64,000 nucleotides of DNA from Steroidobacteraceae bacterium (GCA_049425405.1 JBMSXG010000001.1:104812-168811); one strand, 5' to 3'; numbered from the stretch's first letter, positions 32,976-49,082 are shown. Notes: generated by a model from the letters alone, not told the origin. Made by a program: numbers and translations.

Positions 32976-33433
32976 ATGGCTGGCTATCGAATCGTCGTCG
33001 CTGACACCCGACACGCTGATTTCTTTGAATTAGCTGCGGCGGGCTCCCCACTGAAAAAAACGGGAACGCTCACCAATCCTTACACCGCCAGTTTCGATCG
33101 GGAGCTCGGCGCCGACGCCCCGGGACGGCAGATGGTGCGTAGCGCGACCGGCTTGCGGCGTACCACGCTCGATCCACGCTCCTCGCACAAGGCGCATGCC
33201 ACGACGCAGTTCGCGCGGTTGCTCGCCCAAAGCGTAGCGCGCGATGTGCGGCTCAACCACGGAGACGGCTTGGTACTCATCGCTGCGCCGCGCTTTCTCA
33301 CCGAGTTGCGTTCGCAACTGCCGGGCGCCACGCGACGACGGGTGATCTCGGAGGTGCCGCGCGATCTGATCGATCTGCCGCGGCTCGAGCTGCAAAAGCG
33401 CGTCGAGAAAGCGGTACGCCGAATCGTGCCCGG

Positions 33434-33437
<4 letters not shown>
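32976..33437 (+). CDS. Host_attach-like (bacterial eRF1-fold) protein of unknown function
   Basis: 153 aa. Layout IVVADTRHADFF...DAPGRQ..RS..G.RR...DPRS...H....FARLLA..V......LVLIAAPRFL..LR..L resembles the family annotated as host attachment protein. Recognised from memory only. Confidence 0.5.
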
Positions 33438-39251
<5,814 letters not shown>

Positions 39252-39255
<4 letters not shown>

Positions 39256-40349
39256 AGCCTCATGGGCATGACGACGTATTTCGCGCCGTCAGCCGTCGCA
39301 GCAGTAATCAGGCAGCTGCTGTTGGAATCGGTCAGCGCGATCTGTACCCGATCGGTGTCGATCACGGATAACGCATCGAGCAGATAGGTGACATTGAACC
39401 CAATTTCGATCTCTTCGCCCGCGTACCCCACCTCGATCTGGTCTTCGGCTTCTTCTTGTTCGGGGTTATGGGCCTGAAGGGTGAGCAGATTGGGTTTGAC
39501 GTTCAGTCGTATGCCGCGGTACTTCTCGTTGGACAAAATCGCCGTTCTGCTGAGACTTTGCTTCAAAATGCCGCGATCTGCGTCGATCACGCGATTTGCA
39601 TTGCTGGGAATGACGCGCCCATATTCGGGGAATCGGCCATCAATAAGCTTCGATGTGAAGCGAACGTCGCCGATCTGGCAGCGAACGTGGTTCGTTCCGA
39701 CACTTAGTTCGACTTCGCCCTGCTCCGCCAGCATGCGCTGCAGCTCCAGCACGCCCTTGCGCGGCAAAATCACCTGTTGCTTACCGGTGACGCGCGCGAG
39801 CAGGTTGGCTTCGCATAACGCCAGGCGGTGGCCGTCGGTGGCCACCGCGCGCAACTTGCCCCCCTCCGACTCCAACAGCATCCCATTGAGGTAGTAGCGC
39901 ACGTCTTGCTGCGCCATCGAGAAATGGGTGCGGTCGATGAGTTTGCGGAAATCGGCCTGCGACAGCCGCAACACCTGCTGCGCGTTGATTTCCTCGACAA
40001 CCGGGAACTCGGCTGCCGGCAGCGTCGAGAGAGTGAATCGGCTGCGCGCCGCGCGTACCACGAGTCGATCGCCCTCGGTGCTCAGTGTCACGGCCGCGCC
40101 TTCTGGGAGCGAACGCAAAATATCGAGGAATTTGCGACCTGGGACGGTGACCTCGCCGGCCGTCTGGACGCTGAGTCTGACCGAGCTGACGAGCTCTACC
40201 TCTAGGTCGGTTCCGGTCACGCTCAGGCGGTCATTGCGTGCGCTTAACAGCACGTTCGACAGCACCGGTAGGGTCTGCCTTCGCTCGACAACGCCAATGA
40301 CGTTCTGTACCGGCGTCAGGATGTCTTCACGGGTGGCCGAAAGTTTCAT
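39252..40349 (-). CDS. dnaN: DNA polymerase III beta sliding clamp
   Basis: MKLSATREDILTPVQNVIGVVERRQTLPVLSNVLL, 365 aa, ends ...YVVMPMRL. Confidence 0.95.
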
Positions 40350-40545
40350 AAGTGTTCTTATGGGTTAAGAAGATAGATGTAGAGACTATGAGTGCGGTGA
40401 ATAACGGAATAACCCTGAAAATACCGTGATTTTCAGCACATTGCACACGCCGGGCCCGTGCATGGAATCCCGAACATCCTCCCCGCAGCCTGTGCGTCGA
40501 TTGTGAATGATTTCCACCCCGGAAAACATCCACAGATTGTCGACA
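40350..40545. other. candidate chromosomal replication origin (oriC) or dnaN control region in the dnaA-dnaN spacer
   Basis: The most AT-rich stretch of the window (40350-40440) lies next to three DnaA-box-like 9-mers at 40502-40534. See finding. Confidence 0.4.
40415..40436. repeat. perfect 8-bp inverted repeat CTGAAAAT-N6-ATTTTCAG, flanked by tandem GAATAAC-G-GAATAAC (40399-40413)
   Basis: Read directly from sequence. Confidence 0.9.
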
Positions 40546-41904
40546 TCAGCCGGTCAGGGTTCTCAACAGGTTCGAGTAATCCTCGGCGATACGCTGCTCG
40601 CTCTCGCGCAACAACTTAATCCGCCGACATGCATGCAGGACGGTGGTGTGATCCCGCCCGCCGAAGGCCTCGCCAATTTCGGGCAGGCTGTGATGCGTCA
40701 GCTCCTTGGCCAGTGCCATGGCTATCTGACGCGGGCGGGCGACCGATCGGCTGCGCCGCTCCGACAGCAAATCCGATAAACGAACTTTGAAATAGTCCGC
40801 AACGGTCTTCTGAATATTCTCGATGGTGATGAGACGGGCCTGTAGCGACAACAGGTCTTTTAGCGCCTCACGAGTGAAATCGACGGTAATCGGCTGACCG
40901 GTGAAGCGCGAGTTGGCGATGACGCGGCGCAGCGCTCCCTCAAGTTCGCGTACGTTCGAGCGAATGCGCTTGGCGACAAACAGCGCAACGTCCTGGCTGA
41001 TCGTCACCCCGGCCGCTTCGCCCTTGCTGATCAAAATCGCCGCGCAGGTCTCAAGCTCCGGCGGCTCGATCGCCACGGTCAACCCCCAGCCAAAGCGCGA
41101 TTTCAGTCGCTCTTCGAGCCCCTCGACTTCTTTCGGATAGCGATCGCACGTGAGGATGACCTGCTGTTGGCCCTCAAGTAGCGCGTTGAAGGTGTGGAAA
41201 AACTCCTCCTGAGAGCGCTCTTTACCGGCGAAAAACTGGATATCGTCGATGAGCAAGGCATCCAGCGAGCGATAGGCGGCCTTGAATTCATTCATCTGAT
41301 TGTGTTGCAGCGCCTTCACCATATCGCTGACAAAGCGCTCCGAATGCACATACGCCACACGCGCGTCGGGCCGGCGCGCGAGGATGGCGTGACCCACAGC
41401 GTGCATCAGGTGGGTTTTGCCGAGACCGACGCCGCCATAAATAAAGAGCGGGTTATAGGCTTTCCCCGGGTTTTCCCCGACCTGCTGCGCGGCCGCCTTG
41501 GCGAGCTGATTGCTTTTGCCGACGACGAAGTTCTCGAAGGTGGAGTCTGGGTTGAGTCGACCGCCAACGACGAGGCCTTGGCCGCGCAGGGCAGGGCGGG
41601 ACAGCTCGCGGCCCGCCGCCGGCACACTGGCAGTGGGCTCGGGCAGGGCACCGACTTCGACCGTCACGATCGGCACGTCACCCGCGAGTTCTCCCCGCAA
41701 CCACTCACCGATGCGATCAAGCAGGTGTGCGTTGATCCAGTCCACCACGAACCGGTTCGGTGCCAGCAGTTTGAGCGATCCATCACCCTCAAGAGCCTGA
41801 AGGGGTCTCACCCAGGTATTGAACTGTGTCTCCGGGAGCTCGATCTCGAGCGCCCGCGCACAGCGTGTCCAAAGCGACGAGTCCACGCGCTGGCCTGTCT
41901 GCAT
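40546..41904 (-). CDS. dnaA: chromosomal replication initiator DnaA
   Basis: LW..C...EL....FNTWVRPL N-terminus, [13 protein letters not shown] Walker [15 protein letters not shown]-binding helix. Start at ATG 41904 (452 aa); ORF-track GTG 41970 would read through a DnaA box. Confidence 0.95.
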   Translation of the reverse strand: MQTGQRVDSSLWTRCARALEIELPETQFNTWVRPLQALEGDGSLKLLAPNRFVVDWINAHLLDRIGEWLRGELAGDVPIVTVEVGALPEPTASVPAAGRELSRPALRGQGLVVGGRLNPDSTFENFVVGKSNQLAKAAAQQVGENPGKAYNPLFIYGGVGLGKTHLMHAVGHAILARRPDARVAYVHSERFVSDMVKALQHNQMNEFKAAYRSLDALLIDDIQFFAGKERSQEEFFHTFNALLEGQQQVILTCDRYPKEVEGLEERLKSRFGWGLTVAIEPPELETCAAILISKGEAAGVTISQDVALFVAKRIRSNVRELEGALRRVIANSRFTGQPITVDFTREALKDLLSLQARLITIENIQKTVADYFKVRLSDLLSERRSRSVARPRQIAMALAKELTHHSLPEIGEAFGGRDHTTVLHACRRIKLLRESEQRIAEDYSNLLRTLTG

Positions 41905-41944
41905 AGTCAAAAGGGGATGGAGAGAATATACCGGCCGAGCGGCC

Positions 41945-41953
41945 TGTGGATAT
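41945..41953 (-). promoter_or_regulatory. DnaA box upstream of dnaA
   Basis: Minus strand reads ATATCCACA, 8/9 to TTATCCACA. It lies 41 nt upstream of the dnaA ATG, next to a TATATT -10-like hexamer (41925-41930, minus). Confidence 0.5.
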
Positions 41954-41963
41954 CTTTCGTGGC

Positions 41964-41992
41964 TTGACACCCCCCGGCCTCGTGCTTACCCT
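41964..41992 (+). promoter_or_regulatory. sigma-70-type promoter candidate for rpmH
   Basis: TTGACA (41964-41969), 17-nt spacer, TACCCT (41987-41992). Lies 27 nt upstream of the rpmH ATG. Confidence 0.4.
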
Positions 41993-42018
41993 CTGCGGCC
42001 TTTTTTCGGTGACGACCC

Positions 42019-42153
42019 ATGAAACGCACCTATCAGCCCAGCAAGGTTCGCCGCGCCCGCACTCACGGGTTCCGCGCCCGCATGGCCACTGCCAACGGCC
42101 GCAAGGTGCTGGCTCGCCGCCGCGCCAAGGGCCGCAAGAAGCTGACCCCCTGA
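42019..42153 (+). CDS. rpmH: 50S ribosomal protein L34
   Basis: Not in the ORF track (44 aa). Translation is [44 protein letters not shown], essentially the L34 consensus. Confidence 0.95.
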   Translation: MKRTYQPSKVRRARTHGFRARMATANGRKVLARRRAKGRKKLTP

Positions 42154-42506
42154 TCCGCTCTGCCGCGCGAGGGTTTCCGGCATCGCGCCGGGTGTTGCGC
42201 AAGGCTGACTTCGATGCGGCCTATCGGGCGGGACGCCGCCACGGCAATGCCCTGTTTACCCTGACGGCCCGCACGAACGGGCTCGATCATCCTCGACTCG
42301 GTTTGGCCATCGCGGCTCGCACTGTCGGCCATTCGGTGGCTCGCAACCGCCTGCGGCGCCTGATTCGCGAATCCTTCCGTCTCGCTCAACATCGACTACC
42401 CGCGGCCGATCTCATTATTGGTGCGCGGGCTGCGGCGCGTGATGCGTCGGCGGACCGCCTTCGCGCCGGTCTCGACAGTCTGTGGCAGACGATCGCCTCG
42501 TCATGA
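42150..42506 (+). CDS. rnpA: ribonuclease P protein component (start uncertain: CTG 42150 or GTG 42192)
   Basis: [35 protein letters not shown] is the RnpA RNR motif. The conserved N-terminal GFP...RRVL lies upstream of the first canonical start. Confidence 0.8.
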   Translation: MIRSAARGFPASRRVLRKADFDAAYRAGRRHGNALFTLTARTNGLDHPRLGLAIAARTVGHSVARNRLRRLIRESFRLAQHRLPAADLIIGARAAARDASADRLRAGLDSLWQTIASS

Positions 42507-42724
42507 GTGGGCTGCTGCGGGCTATCGTTCGGGGTTACCAGCTCGTGCTCAGTCCGTGGCTCGGCCCACGCTGCCGCTTCCATCCGACCTGCTCGCACTA
42601 CGCGCTCGAGGCACTTGAGCTGCACGGCGCCTGGCGCGGCAGTGCACTCGCGCTGCGCCGCCTGCTGCGCTGTCATCCTTGGGGTGAAGGCGGGTACGAT
42701 CCGGTTCCGCCCAAACATCCCTGA
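42503..42724 (+). CDS. yidD: membrane protein insertion efficiency factor YidD
   Basis: [33 protein letters not shown] overlap with the rnpA stop. Confidence 0.85.
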   Translation: MSGLLRAIVRGYQLVLSPWLGPRCRFHPTCSHYALEALELHGAWRGSALALRRLLRCHPWGEGGYDPVPPKHP

Positions 42725-42739
42725 TTCGACGAGTAGCCT

Positions 42740-44452
42740 GTGACTTCGACCAACGCCCGCATGTTCCTTTGGCTCGGCCTTGTGCTCGCGCTGTGGATCA
42801 ACTACGAAACCTACCAGCGCGACTACGCAGCGCCACCGCCGACCACGGTAAGCCAAAGCGTTACGCAGCCGAGTGTGGCTGCGACGACGACGGGCTCTCT
42901 GTCCGAAACGATCCCTGAGGCGACACAGACGAGCCCCGCGCCCGCAGACAACGCAGCGTCGGCCAACAACGCGAGCGCGATCCCGGCCAACCCTGTGGTG
43001 GCGGGGGCTGCCGGCACGGTGCGCGTGCTGACTGACGTGCTCGATCTGGAGATCAGCCTGCAAGGCGGCGATCTGGTGCGCGCGGACTTGCTCAAATATC
43101 CGCGTATCAAGGGCGAGGCACCGCGCGTACGCCTCTTCAATACCAACCCGTCCGAGTTCTACGTATTGCAGACCGGCCTGACCGACGCTTCGGCTGCGGC
43201 GAGGCCCACGCATCTGGCGAGATTCTCCACCGCACAGACGAGTTACGAGCTCGGCGAGGCGAACGAGCTGCGTGTGCCACTTAGCTGGACCGAAGAAACA
43301 CAAGGCGTCACCGACACCAAGACCTTGGTGTTCCGTCGCGGCAACTACCGGGTCGATCTGCTCTACGACATTGAAAATCGAAGCGAGACGCCGTGGACCG
43401 CTGCCTCGTACGCACAGCTGCTGCGCAACGATGTGCCTATCGAGCGCTCGATGTTCAGCGTCGAGAGCTATGCATTCCAGGGTCCGGCGTACTACGACGG
43501 TACCAAGTACCACAAACTCGATCGCGAAGACCCGGAGGATCGCAGTCTCGCGCGCGATATCGCAGGCGGTTGGCTCGCGGGTATGCAGCATCACTTCGTC
43601 ACGGCGATCGTGCCGACGGCGGGCGAGGCCTATCGATACACGCTGCGTACCGATGGCAACCAGTATTTGCTCTCGAGCGCAGGGCCCGCAGTGACCGTGC
43701 CAGCGCAGGGCGGGGCGAGCCTCACCGAGACATTGTTCGTCGGGCCGAAGTTGCAGGCCCAGCTGTCTACAACCGGCCCGCGCCTCGATCTCGTCGCCGA
43801 TTACGGCATCCTGACACTGCTCGCGCAGCCGCTCTTCTGGCTGCTCGAGCAGGCGCACACGCTCACGGCCAACTGGGGCTGGTCAATCGTCATCGTGACG
43901 TTCCTGCTGAAGCTTCTTTTCTATCCGTTATCGGAATCTTCCGGTAAGTCGATGGCGCGGATGCGTGTGCTCGCACCGCGCATGAAAAACCTTCAGGAAA
44001 CTTATAAGGACGATCGCGAGAAACTCGGCCGCGCGATGATGGATCTTTACAAGCGCGAGAAGATCAACCCGCTCGCGGGTTGTCTGCCCATACTGATCCA
44101 GATGCCGGTTTTCTTTGCGTTCTATTGGGTCCTACTCGAGAGCGTCGAGATGCGCCAGGCGCCATTCCTGCTCTGGATCCAGGATCTCTCCTCGCGAGAT
44201 CCGTTCTTCGTATTGCCGGTGATCATGGCCGGCGCGATGTTCGTGCAATACAAGTTGAACCCGACGCCACCGGATCCCATCCAAGCCAAGGTGTTCATGA
44301 TCCTGCCTTTCGTAATGAGCGCGACCTTTGCGTTCTTCCCTTCGGGGCTCGTGCTCTACTGGGTTGTGAACACGTTGCTGACCATCCTGCAGCAGTGGAA
44401 TATCAACCGCCGCATCGAGGCGGAGGCCAAGAAGGCCCGCGCCACGAGTTGA
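42740..44452 (+). CDS. yidC: membrane protein insertase YidC
   Basis: Large periplasmic P1 domain, then [38 protein letters not shown] start. Confidence 0.95.
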   Translation: MTSTNARMFLWLGLVLALWINYETYQRDYAAPPPTTVSQSVTQPSVAATTTGSLSETIPEATQTSPAPADNAASANNASAIPANPVVAGAAGTVRVLTDVLDLEISLQGGDLVRADLLKYPRIKGEAPRVRLFNTNPSEFYVLQTGLTDASAAARPTHLARFSTAQTSYELGEANELRVPLSWTEETQGVTDTKTLVFRRGNYRVDLLYDIENRSETPWTAASYAQLLRNDVPIERSMFSVESYAFQGPAYYDGTKYHKLDREDPEDRSLARDIAGGWLAGMQHHFVTAIVPTAGEAYRYTLRTDGNQYLLSSAGPAVTVPAQGGASLTETLFVGPKLQAQLSTTGPRLDLVADYGILTLLAQPLFWLLEQAHTLTANWGWSIVIVTFLLKLLFYPLSESSGKSMARMRVLAPRMKNLQETYKDDREKLGRAMMDLYKREKINPLAGCLPILIQMPVFFAFYWVLLESVEMRQAPFLLWIQDLSSRDPFFVLPVIMAGAMFVQYKLNPTPPDPIQAKVFMILPFVMSATFAFFPSGLVLYWVVNTLLTILQQWNINRRIEAEAKKARATS

Positions 44453-44459
44453 GCCGCCC

Positions 44460-45827
44460 GTGAGCGAGACCATCGCCGCTCTTGCGACACCCGCGGGTCG
44501 CGGCGGCGTCGGGATCGTGCGCATATCCGGTCCCGCCGCACGCCACATCGCACACGGCATCTGTTCCGCGATACCGCAGCCGCGCGTGGCGCAGCTGTCG
44601 AGCTTCGCCGCCGCCGATGGCAGCGCGATCGATACCGGGCTCGTGCTGTGGTTCCCCGGCCCACAGTCCTACACCGGTGAGGACGTGCTCGAATTGCACG
44701 GTCACGGCGGACCAATGGTCCTGCAGGCATTGCTCGAGCGCGTGCTCGAGCTCGGCGCGCGCCGAGCGCAGCCCGGCGAGTTCACGCAGCGCGCTTTTCT
44801 CAACGACAAACTCGATCTCGCACAAGCCGAGGCTGTGGCCGATCTCATCGATGCCGGCTCCACCGCGGCCGCGCGCGCCGCCGTGCGGTCGCTCCAGGGC
44901 GCGTTCTCGCAGACGGTTCACGAACTTGTCGAAGCCTTGATCGCGCTACGCATGTGGGTGGAGGCGGCGATCGATTTCCCGGAGGAAGACGTCGATTTTC
45001 TGGCCGATGCGACGCTGCAGGCGCGACTGCTCGCGCTGCGCGAGCAGTTCGATACCGTGATGCGTAGCGCACGCACGGGGCGGGCGCTGCGCGATGGCTT
45101 GACCGTGGTGATCGCCGGTCGACCGAACGCCGGCAAGTCGAGCCTGCTGAATGCTCTCTGCGGGCACGAGGCCGCGATCGTTACCGACATCCCGGGCACG
45201 ACCCGCGACGTCTTGCGCGAGCAAGTCCATCTCGAGGGACTCCCGGTGCACTTGATCGACACCGCGGGTTTACGCCCCGCCGCAGGCGACGGCGTCGATC
45301 CGGTAGAAACCGAGGGCATCCGGCGTGCACGGGCAGAGATGGCGCGCGCGGATCGAGTGTTGTTCGTCGTCGATGCAAGCGTAGATCCCTCAGCTGAAGC
45401 CTGGCTCGCGGAGCGTGACGCGCAACCGGCGGGGGTGCCGGTCACGGTGTTCTTCAACAAGCAGGATCGGCTTGGGGCAAGCGCACTGAGTGGGCTGCCG
45501 CGCCAACTTACCGCTGTCGAGGCGGTGTTCGTCGGTTCGGCGTTGAGCGGCGCGGGGCTTGCCGAATTGCGCCAACACTTACAGGCATCGGTGGGATTTG
45601 AAGCGGGAGAGGGCGCCATGACCGCCCGGGCGCGACATCTGACGGCCCTCGCGCAGGCACGCGAGCATGCCGAGGCAGCCTTCCGTCATCTCATCGAACA
45701 CCGCGCAGGCGAGCTGGTCGCCGAAGAACTCCGTGCCGCCCAGCGCAGTCTCGACGACATTACCGGCGAATTCCATGCTGACGAGCTGCTTGGCCGCATC
45801 TTCGGCAGCTTCTGTATCGGCAAATAG
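44460..45827 (+). CDS. mnmE: tRNA modification GTPase MnmE
   Basis: [34 protein letters not shown]-terminal FCIGK. Confidence 0.95.
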   Translation: MSETIAALATPAGRGGVGIVRISGPAARHIAHGICSAIPQPRVAQLSSFAAADGSAIDTGLVLWFPGPQSYTGEDVLELHGHGGPMVLQALLERVLELGARRAQPGEFTQRAFLNDKLDLAQAEAVADLIDAGSTAAARAAVRSLQGAFSQTVHELVEALIALRMWVEAAIDFPEEDVDFLADATLQARLLALREQFDTVMRSARTGRALRDGLTVVIAGRPNAGKSSLLNALCGHEAAIVTDIPGTTRDVLREQVHLEGLPVHLIDTAGLRPAAGDGVDPVETEGIRRARAEMARADRVLFVVDASVDPSAEAWLAERDAQPAGVPVTVFFNKQDRLGASALSGLPRQLTAVEAVFVGSALSGAGLAELRQHLQASVGFEAGEGAMTARARHLTALAQAREHAEAAFRHLIEHRAGELVAEELRAAQRSLDDITGEFHADELLGRIFGSFCIGK

Positions 45828-45989
45828 CCCAGCGTTCTCCGCAAAGAATTCGCGGAAAGTACCCAATCGGCTTCGCGCGCCAGCGCGCGCAGCGCGATCT
45901 CGTGTGCCCCTAACGTGTCCCCGTCGGCCCGATGCACCCGTTGCCTCGGGTCGGCGAACGACATCCTGATCCAACACACGAGGTATCTC

Positions 45990-46169
45990 ATGAAAAATTG
46001 GCTCCATCAGTTCTGGACCGACGAAGGCGGTCTCACGATCGTCGAGTACGCCGTCGGTGGCGCATTGATCTCCGCTGCAGCCGTGCTTGCTTTCACGGGC
46101 CTGGGTGAAGCTGTCAGCGGCAAAGTCACGGAGATCACCGGGTTTATTAACGACGGTGCAACCCCGTAA
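45990..46169 (+). CDS. flp: Flp-family type IVb pilin
   Basis: 59 aa. Prepilin site EGG|LTIVEYAVGGALIS (G/xxxxEY Flp motif). AGG 8 nt upstream of ATG 45990. Confidence 0.85.
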   Translation: MKNWLHQFWTDEGGLTIVEYAVGGALISAAAVLAFTGLGEAVSGKVTEITGFINDGATP

Positions 46170-46183
46170 TTAAGAGGCGTCTT

Positions 46184-46213
46184 CGGGGACGGGCGGCTGC
46201 CCGCCCGTCCTCG
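46184..46213 (+). terminator. strong GC hairpin directly after flp (terminator/attenuator candidate, no clear U-tract)
   Basis: GGACGGGCGG-ctgc-CCGCCCGTCC is a perfect 10-bp stem (46187-46210), extendable by 3 pairs. Confidence 0.45.
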
Positions 46214-46232
46214 TTCCCTGCATCCCCCCGCT

Positions 46233-46685
46233 ATGACGACTGCGAACGAACTGATGCTGATCGGTGTGTATGCGGCGCTGTGCCCAGCGCTGCTTGGCGC
46301 CACCGTCATCGATTGGCGCACGCGCGTGTTGCCGAACCCGCTGGTGCTCTTCATTGCGTTGACCGGGCTGATCACCCAGGCGTTCGCGAGCGGACTCATC
46401 GGCGGCGCCGTTGCGCTGTCCGGTGCACTGATTGGACTGATCGGTCTGCTGCCGTTTTATTTGCTCGGTGGCATGGCTGCGGGCGACGTCAAGCTCATGG
46501 CGGCCGTCGGCGCTTGGTTTTCACCACAGGGCGCGCTGTTGACCGTCGTGCTGAGCATTCTCGCTGGCGGTGTTCTCGGGCTTCTATTCGTCGTTGCGCG
46601 CCGCCGCCATGAGGGGCTGCCGTACGCCACAGCCATCGCAGCCGGCACGTTCGCCAGCCTGTTCTACCCCCGGAGTGTCCTATGA
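46233..46685 (+). CDS. cpaA: A24-family prepilin peptidase CpaA/TadV
   Basis: Two catalytic Asp contexts (VIDWRTRVLPN and GGMAAGDVKLMAAVG). 150 aa polytopic. Confidence 0.8.
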   Translation: MTTANELMLIGVYAALCPALLGATVIDWRTRVLPNPLVLFIALTGLITQAFASGLIGGAVALSGALIGLIGLLPFYLLGGMAAGDVKLMAAVGAWFSPQGALLTVVLSILAGGVLGLLFVVARRRHEGLPYATAIAAGTFASLFYPRSVL

Positions 46686-47518
46686 TTCCACGTACTCGCC
46701 GAAGCCTCACCCTGATCGCCATTTCTTTGGCGCTCGCCAGCGTCGCTGCGTTGCTGGCCGGGCGTTGGATGACGAGCCGTGCCGCCGCCGTCGACGCCTC
46801 CCGTCCGCAGGCGGTGCGGCTCGTCGCGGCTGCGATCAATATCCCGTTCGGCACCGTTATCGAGCCCCGCCATCTGACGACCATGGCGGTGCTGACGAGC
46901 GCGCGCCCCAAGGGCAGTTACATCGCTGCCAACGAGGTGATCGGCAAAGTCCCTAAGGGCGATGTCTTTACCGGCGAAATTCTGCTCGCCGAGCGATTGG
47001 TGCAGCCGGGCGAGGGCAGCACGCTCGCGGCCGTGGTTTCGCCGAACATGCGTGCCGTCACCGTTCGGGTCGATGATGTCGTCGGCGTCGGTGGTTTCGT
47101 CCTGCCGGGCAATCGTGTCGATGTGATCACCGCGCGCGAGGAGAACGGCCGAGCGCAAGCCGAAACGCTGCTAGAGCGGGTGAAGGTGCTCGCCGTCGAT
47201 CAGCAGGCGAGCGCCGATCGCAGCGCGCCCGTCGTGGTTCGCGCGGTCACGCTAGAAGTGACACCCGAAGGCGCCGAGGCGATCGCCCGCGCACGGCAGC
47301 AGGGCACGATCCAACTGGCGCTACGCAACCCGACGGATGAAAGCGTGTATGTGCATGCCGCACCACCCGCACCGACCGCAATAGCGGCGGTGCCCGCCGT
47401 CGCCGCTACGCCGCCTCGTGTGCGGATCCCGCGGCGCGAACCTGCGCCGGTGATGAGTGTCATCCGCGGCACGACACTCTCCGATCAAAGAATTTCAGAC
47501 GCCCGTACCGGCGAATGA
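46682..47518 (+). CDS. cpaB: Flp pilus assembly protein CpaB/RcpC
   Basis: N-terminal TM, SAF-like segment, then RAVTVRVDDVVGVGGFVLPGNRVDVI. ATGA coupling. Confidence 0.85.
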   Translation: MIPRTRRSLTLIAISLALASVAALLAGRWMTSRAAAVDASRPQAVRLVAAAINIPFGTVIEPRHLTTMAVLTSARPKGSYIAANEVIGKVPKGDVFTGEILLAERLVQPGEGSTLAAVVSPNMRAVTVRVDDVVGVGGFVLPGNRVDVITAREENGRAQAETLLERVKVLAVDQQASADRSAPVVVRAVTLEVTPEGAEAIARARQQGTIQLALRNPTDESVYVHAAPPAPTAIAAVPAVAATPPRVRIPRREPAPVMSVIRGTTLSDQRISDARTGE

Positions 47519-47549
47519 CCGACCGCATCTGCACAGGACAACAATCATC

Positions 47550-49082
47550 ATGCGAAATAATGACCCGTTCGACTTAGTTGCACTGATCGCCTTAGCGGCG
47601 CTGCTGACGTTACCTATTATCGAGACCGCGCTGGCGAGCCCCGCCTCGACACTCAAACTGTCTGAGGCTGCAACTGGCATCACTCTGCCGGTCTCACAGT
47701 CGCGGATCATCTCGCTCGAGCGTCCCGCGAGCCGGGTGTCAGTAGCCAATCCGGCGCTTGCCGACATCGTCGTGATCAATCCGCGTGAGTTCTATGTGCT
47801 CGCCAAGGATATCGGCAGCACTAACGTGATCGTGTGGGATCGCGATGGCCACGGGGCCACGTCGGTTCAGCTTGAGCTCACCCACGATCTCGAGGGCCTG
47901 AAAGCCAAGCTCGCCGCCCTCGTGCCGACTCATCGCATCGAAGTGCGATCGGCGCGTCGCTCGATCGTGTTGTCGGGCAGTGTGCCGAGTGCAGCGACGC
48001 TGAATGCGGCGTTACGCCTCGCTGAGGGCTATCTCATTCAAGAAACGGCCGCGAGCGCACCTGAGCGCAGTGCAGCCGGCACATCGGCAGCGACCTTGAT
48101 GCCGGGTGCGGCAGGGCCCGTCGGCGCCCAGGTGATCAACCTACTCGAAGTGGCCGGCGCACAGCAGGTGATGCTCGAGGTGCGTGTGGCCGAGGTTGCG
48201 CGCTCCGAGTTGAAGCGGCTCGATCCGCGCTTCAACGCTTTCGGTGTCAATGGAAAATGGGCCGTCGGTGGCGTGAATGGCGGTGCGATCTTTGAAGACG
48301 CCCGCTTCGGTGTGGACGGGCTGCGCGCCCCAGTGCTGCCAGGGGGAGGTGGCGCGACGACGGGTCCCGTGGTGGATGAATTTGCGCCGAGCGATCTAGT
48401 GATTCAAGACAAGGGTCTGTTCGCGAGCTACCTCAGCAATAGCTTCGCGATGAACCTGTTGATCGATGCGGCCAAGGAGAACGGTCTTGCCAAGATCCTC
48501 GCCGAGCCCACCCTCACGACGTTGACCGGCCAAGAGGCGACGTTCCTCTCGGGCGGTGAGTTCCCCATTCCGGTCCCGCGCAGTGTCGATAACGTCACGA
48601 TAGAGTTCAAAGAATTCGGAATCGGATTACGCATGCTGCCGGTGGTCCTCGGGGAAGGCCGCATCAACGTCAAGATCGATGTTGCAGTGAGCGAGCTATC
48701 GAATGCGACCTCGGTGGTGTTGAACCCCGGCCGCACGAGCTCCACTTTCGTGATCCCCGCACTCACCAAACGCAGCGCGAGCGGTACGGTCGAGCTCGCC
48801 GATGGTCAGACGATCGGTCTTGCCGGACTTATCAACGACAACATGCGCTCGATGGTGAAGAAATTCCCAGGGTTGGGCTCGCTGCCCGTGCTGGGCTCGC
48901 TGTTTCGCAGCCAGGATTTCCTCAAAGGGCAGACGGAGCTTGTGATCCTGGTGACACCACGTCTGGCCAAGCCGATCGATCCGAGAAAAGTCCCGCTGCC
49001 GACCGATGCTTATCGGGAGCCGAGCGATGCCGAGTTTTACCTGATGGGTCGCCAGCAGGCGGCCGAGGAGACACCGAAATGA
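47550..49082 (+). CDS. cpaC: Tad secretin CpaC/RcpA
   Basis: Signal peptide, BON-like N-domain, secretin core ILAEPTLTTLTGQEATFLSGGEFPIPV ... FPGLGSLPVLGSLFRS. Confidence 0.9.
   Translation: MRNNDPFDLVALIALAALLTLPIIETALASPASTLKLSEAATGITLPVSQSRIISLERPASRVSVANPALADIVVINPREFYVLAKDIGSTNVIVWDRDGHGATSVQLELTHDLEGLKAKLAALVPTHRIEVRSARRSIVLSGSVPSAATLNAALRLAEGYLIQETAASAPERSAAGTSAATLMPGAAGPVGAQVINLLEVAGAQQVMLEVRVAEVARSELKRLDPRFNAFGVNGKWAVGGVNGGAIFEDARFGVDGLRAPVLPGGGGATTGPVVDEFAPSDLVIQDKGLFASYLSNSFAMNLLIDAAKENGLAKILAEPTLTTLTGQEATFLSGGEFPIPVPRSVDNVTIEFKEFGIGLRMLPVVLGEGRINVKIDVAVSELSNATSVVLNPGRTSSTFVIPALTKRSASGTVELADGQTIGLAGLINDNMRSMVKKFPGLGSLPVLGSLFRSQDFLKGQTELVILVTPRLAKPIDPRKVPLPTDAYREPSDAEFYLMGRQQAAEETPK

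Noticed and set aside
41946-42506. 186-aa ORF (GTG 41946) as the rnpA gene
   Set aside because: It would read through the rpmH promoter and the whole of rpmH in a different frame. RnpA homology starts only near 42150.
42386-43858. 490-aa ORF antisense to yidC
   Set aside because: Arg-rich, no motifs, entirely inside the well-supported yidC gene. A GC-driven shadow ORF.
45874-45889. CGCGCGC-CA-GCGCGCG palindrome after mnmE as an intrinsic terminator
   Set aside because: The loop is too small for a 7-bp stem, there is no U-tract, and such GC palindromes are frequent in this sequence.
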